DNA from: Spirochaetia bacterium
Lineage (GTDB): Bacteria; Spirochaetota; Spirochaetia; CADAEX01
Assembly (NCBI GenBank): GCA_963662795.1
Contig: OY759746.1
Coordinates: 1,376,001 to 1,440,000, forward strand
Reading direction: 5' to 3'
DNA length: 64,000 bases
The notes under the pieces were generated by a model, which was given only the letters and a program-made list of their open reading frames with translations, had not been told where the DNA came from and made no database searches. Position numbers and translations under genes: made by a program. This document shows, piece after piece, positions 61,857 to 64,000 of this stretch. Within the stretch, counting starts at the first letter, position 1. Each line of letters begins with the position of its first letter.

Positions 61857-63458
61857 ATGAAAAAATTAGAAAAAATATATCTAGATAAAGAATTATTACG
61901 AATATGGCAGAAAATAGAATTTGGTGAAAATATAACCTTTTTGAGATACGCAGACGGCGAACGGGCCATAATGACTGGACAAGCTGTAAAAGCACAAGAA
62001 GGGGGATGGGCTTCTCCAGATTATATTGGGAAGCTAGGTAAAGACCTTCTTTCGTCATTGGAATTAGTTGATAATAAAGTATATTACGCAATTTCGTGTC
62101 CATGCTGTGATAATCCCGCATATTATTGGTACAGTACAAGAATAAAAAACAAAAATATTACTTTTGCAAATCTTTGGATAAATGCTAATTATCAAAAATT
62201 TATTAAAAAGTTTGAATTATTAAACAGAGAAGCTGTTATCGTTGCTAATTATAGATCATCGGGGATGAAAATTGGTAATTTAAAAATATTAAAGCATTAT
62301 AGTATTAGTGATGACTGTTTTCAATTTTGGGATGAAGATGGACCAAAATTAATTGAAAATATTAAGAATGATTTTGGTAACAAAAAAAATATTCTATATG
62401 TAATATCAGCAGGTCCAATGTCTGAACCGATAATTGCAGAATTATTTAAAAACAATCCAGATAATTGTTATATTGATTTTGGTTCAAGTATTGATAAATA
62501 TTATAGAGGAAAGATGACTAGACCGTATGAAAATAAAAAGTCTGTATACGGGAAAAGAAATTGTTGGATGTATAATCCATCCAAAATATCATTTGATGTA
62601 TCTGTTGTTTTAACATTATATAAAAGACCGGAAAAACTTCTTGAACAACTTGATTATATAGATCATCAAACCTTAAAACCAAAAGAAATATTACTTTTTC
62701 AAGATGCTACTGATCTTCCACAAATTACTTTAAGTAAAGAAATAACATCAAGAATAACTAATTATATAAAAGTTGATAAAAATGTAGGTGTTTGGGGACG
62801 TTTTGCAGTTGGTCTTTTAGCTACTTCAAAATATATATGTTTTTTTGACGATGATACTATTCCTGGAAATAGATGGCTTGAGAATTGTCATACTCAGATT
62901 TTAAAAAAGAGAGGTCTTTACGGAACTATTGGTATTGATTCTTGGAATTTTAGTGAATACCCATATTCAGGATACAGAAGATGGGGTTGGGATGGCCCAT
63001 GTCATTTTGCAAAAAAAGTAGATTTTGTCGGCCATTCTTGGTTTCTTGAAAAGGATTGGCTAGGTGTAATGTGGATTAATAATTCTAATATTTACAGTTT
63101 TAAATACGTAGGAGAAGACATGTTTCTTTCATACTCATTAAAAAAATGGTTAGGAATAAAAACCTATGTTCCTCCTCATCCCATTAGTAACACAGAATTA
63201 TACGGTTCTATTCCAGACAAAGCTCTTAAGTATGGGCAGGATAAAAATATAGCTATTGGTTATAATTCAACACAACTTGAAAATATGAATAAAGCAATAA
63301 AAATATTAATTTCCCGTGGTTTAAAGAATAGATTTTTTCGAAAATATAATTTAATAAATAAAGAATATCTTGAAAAATGCTATTATAATTTGAAAATATT
63401 AAGAAAAAAAATTACACGAAAATTAATAGAAAATATTATTAAAGAAAAGAATATATAA
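61857..63458 (+). CDS. Two-domain glycosyltransferase: DUF1792/GT-D-like N-terminus + GT2-like C-terminus
   Basis: RYADGE, SAGP, IDFGS in the N-terminal half; TLYKRP, FDDD, GED in the C-terminal half. Confidence 0.65.
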   Translation: MKKLEKIYLDKELLRIWQKIEFGENITFLRYADGERAIMTGQAVKAQEGGWASPDYIGKLGKDLLSSLELVDNKVYYAISCPCCDNPAYYWYSTRIKNKNITFANLWINANYQKFIKKFELLNREAVIVANYRSSGMKIGNLKILKHYSISDDCFQFWDEDGPKLIENIKNDFGNKKNILYVISAGPMSEPIIAELFKNNPDNCYIDFGSSIDKYYRGKMTRPYENKKSVYGKRNCWMYNPSKISFDVSVVLTLYKRPEKLLEQLDYIDHQTLKPKEILLFQDATDLPQITLSKEITSRITNYIKVDKNVGVWGRFAVGLLATSKYICFFDDDTIPGNRWLENCHTQILKKRGLYGTIGIDSWNFSEYPYSGYRRWGWDGPCHFAKKVDFVGHSWFLEKDWLGVMWINNSNIYSFKYVGEDMFLSYSLKKWLGIKTYVPPHPISNTELYGSIPDKALKYGQDKNIAIGYNSTQLENMNKAIKILISRGLKNRFFRKYNLINKEYLEKCYYNLKILRKKITRKLIENIIKEKNI

Positions 63459-63461
63459 AAA

Positions 63462-64000
63462 ATGAAAAAAATATTATTCATTTATGGAACAAGGCCTGAA
63501 GCAATAAAATTGGCACCTTTAATTATAGAATTTAAAAAGAATATAAAATTTGATGTAAAAGTGTGTGTAACCGCACAACACAGAGAAATGATGGATCAGG
63601 TAAATATTTTTTTCAATATCAAGCCGGATTATGATTTAGATATAATGAAATCTGGTCAGGATCTATTTGATATAACAGGTAAAATATTAAACGCAATTAA
63701 GAGTGTTATCATAGAAGTTAAACCCGATATAATTTTTGTTCAAGGTGATACAACCTCTGTGTTTACTGCTGCACTTGCCGGATTTTATAATAAAATAAAT
63801 ATTGCGCATATAGAAGCTGGCCTGAGAAGTGATAATATTTACTCCCCATTTCCTGAGGAAATTAATAGAAGACTTACTTCTGTTCTTGCTGATTTTCATT
63901 TTGCACCTACTCAAAAAGCGAAACAAAGTTTAATTAAAGAAAATATAATTAAAGATATTTATGTAGTTGGAAATACAGTTATTGATGCATTGTTAATGGC
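63462..64000 (+). CDS. wecB: UDP-N-acetylglucosamine 2-epimerase (non-hydrolysing), 3' end outside window
   Basis: Manual translation MKKILFIYGTRPEAIKLAP...TAQHREM...QGDT...HIEAGLRS...PFPEE.NR. Confidence 0.93.
   Translation, partial: MKKILFIYGTRPEAIKLAPLIIEFKKNIKFDVKVCVTAQHREMMDQVNIFFNIKPDYDLDIMKSGQDLFDITGKILNAIKSVIIEVKPDIIFVQGDTTSVFTAALAGFYNKINIAHIEAGLRSDNIYSPFPEEINRRLTSVLADFHFAPTQKAKQSLIKENIIKDIYVVGNTVIDALLM

Overview
Chromosomal origin region of a spirochete-like bacterium (class Spirochaetia inferred from gene order, not from a database search). About 10-42 kb is core housekeeping: tRNA-Leu(CAG), rsmE-ctpA-MinD-like ATPase-lgt, rbgA, glnS, parAB with a perfect parS, gyrBA divergent from dnaA-dnaN-recF-dciA-rpmH-rnpA-yidD-yidC-jag, a bipartite oriC flanking dnaA, and an ahcY-metK-PfkB kinase cluster. 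The left 10 kb is accessory: wrbA, a convergent cNMP-HD-GYP / dCache-GGDEF pair, an operon for a small ribbon-helix-helix-like Cys-tailed protein, a BrnQ-family carrier and an MBL hydrolase, and a decayed DUF362 / 4Fe-4S operon. The right 20 kb holds two tandem coiled-coil paralogs, a HipBST-type toxin-antitoxin module and a large, increasingly AT-rich surface-glycan locus. That locus encodes two different ABC exporters, gmd/fcl, an NDP-sugar C-methyltransferase with an atypical Gmd-like reductase, further methyltransferases, GT11, a GT-D/GT2 fusion and wecB. No CRISPR array, prophage, rRNA or intact transposase was seen. All product calls are from motif recognition by eye.
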